From: Cenococcum geophilum
Taxonomy: Eukaryota
Assembly (NCBI GenBank): GCA_050273025.1
Contig: CP158635.1
Location: 17,050,001 to 17,114,000 of the forward strand
Length of the DNA: 64,000 nucleotides
Reading direction: 5' to 3'
Below are positions 63,227 to 64,000 of the stretch, piece after piece; position 1 is the first letter of the stretch; each line of letters starts with the position of its first letter. The notes beneath the pieces were generated by a model. That model searched no databases. It was not told where the DNA came from and was given only the letters and a program-made list of their open reading frames with translations. Made by a program: the position numbers and the translations under genes.

Positions 63227-64000
63227 AAGTATAAGCGGCGATAATATATAGCAAGGTAGATATTATTAAGCTATATATATAAACTGTATAAGGAGGTTAA
63301 GACGTTATATAAGGAAAGAAGGTAGAAAAATAGGAAGAAAGGGTATATATTGTGGACTTAGTTACTTAGTTAATATATATATAAAGCAGAATAGGATTTA
63401 GGTAGTAGTCCTAGTAAAACTTAGTAGGATTTAGTAGAACTTAGTAGAACTTAGTAGAATATAGCAGAATGTAGTAGGTTGCTATTAGATTGCCGCAGAT
63501 TACTATTAGATTGCCGTCTTATAGTTAGTCTTTAGTTGCTAAGTTAGTAAAAATAGGTAAACGTATATAAGGTGTTATGGGGGTGTCCCATAATAGTACC
63601 CCCCTTTTAAACTTAAGCTTCTGTAAGATAGGGCTATAGTAGTTCTAGGTGGAGTTTATAAAAGTTTTCTGCGGCTTATATAAGTCCTATAGAGTTAACG
63701 GGTTCCTATAAGGGCTTAGTAAAGCCTCTCTATTTTATAAGATATATATATTAGCATTTCTGTTTATTATACTTAATATTATTAATTCTTTTAATAAAGC
63801 ACTCATTCTTACCATCCACTTTAACTGGTAGGGGAGGGTCTTATATTTATCTGGGTAGGGCGTTTAATATAGGAGTAGTAGGGTGGAGGACTGATATATA
63901 GAATATGGGGTGGATTTTAACCATATTAGGGAGCTTTAATTGGTAGGCGTGGGAGGAGATAACCTTCTTAACCTTATAAGGGCTAGCGTTCTTCTAATTA
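63227..64000 (-). mobile_element. Gypsy G 3' end: chromodomain, PPT (~63599-63609) and 3' LTR (63595 leftwards)
   Basis: Minus frame YL.K(W)RGFT.P.(W)EP. AAAAGGGGGGGTAC followed by T(G)TTATGGG. Confidence 0.75.

Noticed and set aside
63405..63520. 10-bp and 19-bp tandem repeats as telomeric sequence
   Set aside because: Not TTAGGG-like; they are ordinary sub-repeats inside the Gypsy G LTR.

Overview
This 64-kb window contains no recognisable host genes. It is a deeply nested cluster of transposon relics with strong RIP-type mutation (TpA excess, CpA/TpG depletion, TAA/TAG stops replacing Gln/Trp codons), typical of ascomycete heterochromatin. LTR pairs, TIRs and target-site duplications (TSDs) resolve the nesting by eye. 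Gypsy F (- strand) is split by Gypsy A and Gypsy E. A contains Gypsy B, which contains a Copia and a pol-less LTR element C. E (24903-60898) contains an inverted second copy of B (itself carrying a 3-kb repeat-filled TIR element and a MITE), Gypsy D, a full-length Tad1-like LINE, a piggyBac-like transposon and a ~0.94-kb SINE-like insert. Highlights: (1) an HDV-like ribozyme fold exactly at the 5' end of the SINE-like element, whose 3' end resembles the LINE's; (2) two different Gypsy families each carry an antisense, intron-containing gene for a Cys-cluster protein; (3) a ~115-bp palindromic module with compensatory changes shared by three different LTR elements, in both orientations; (4) Tf1-like self-priming signatures in four Gypsy families; (5) a piggyBac-like transposase with non-canonical ends. 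All protein calls come from manual back-reading of RIP-damaged frames; no database searches were run.
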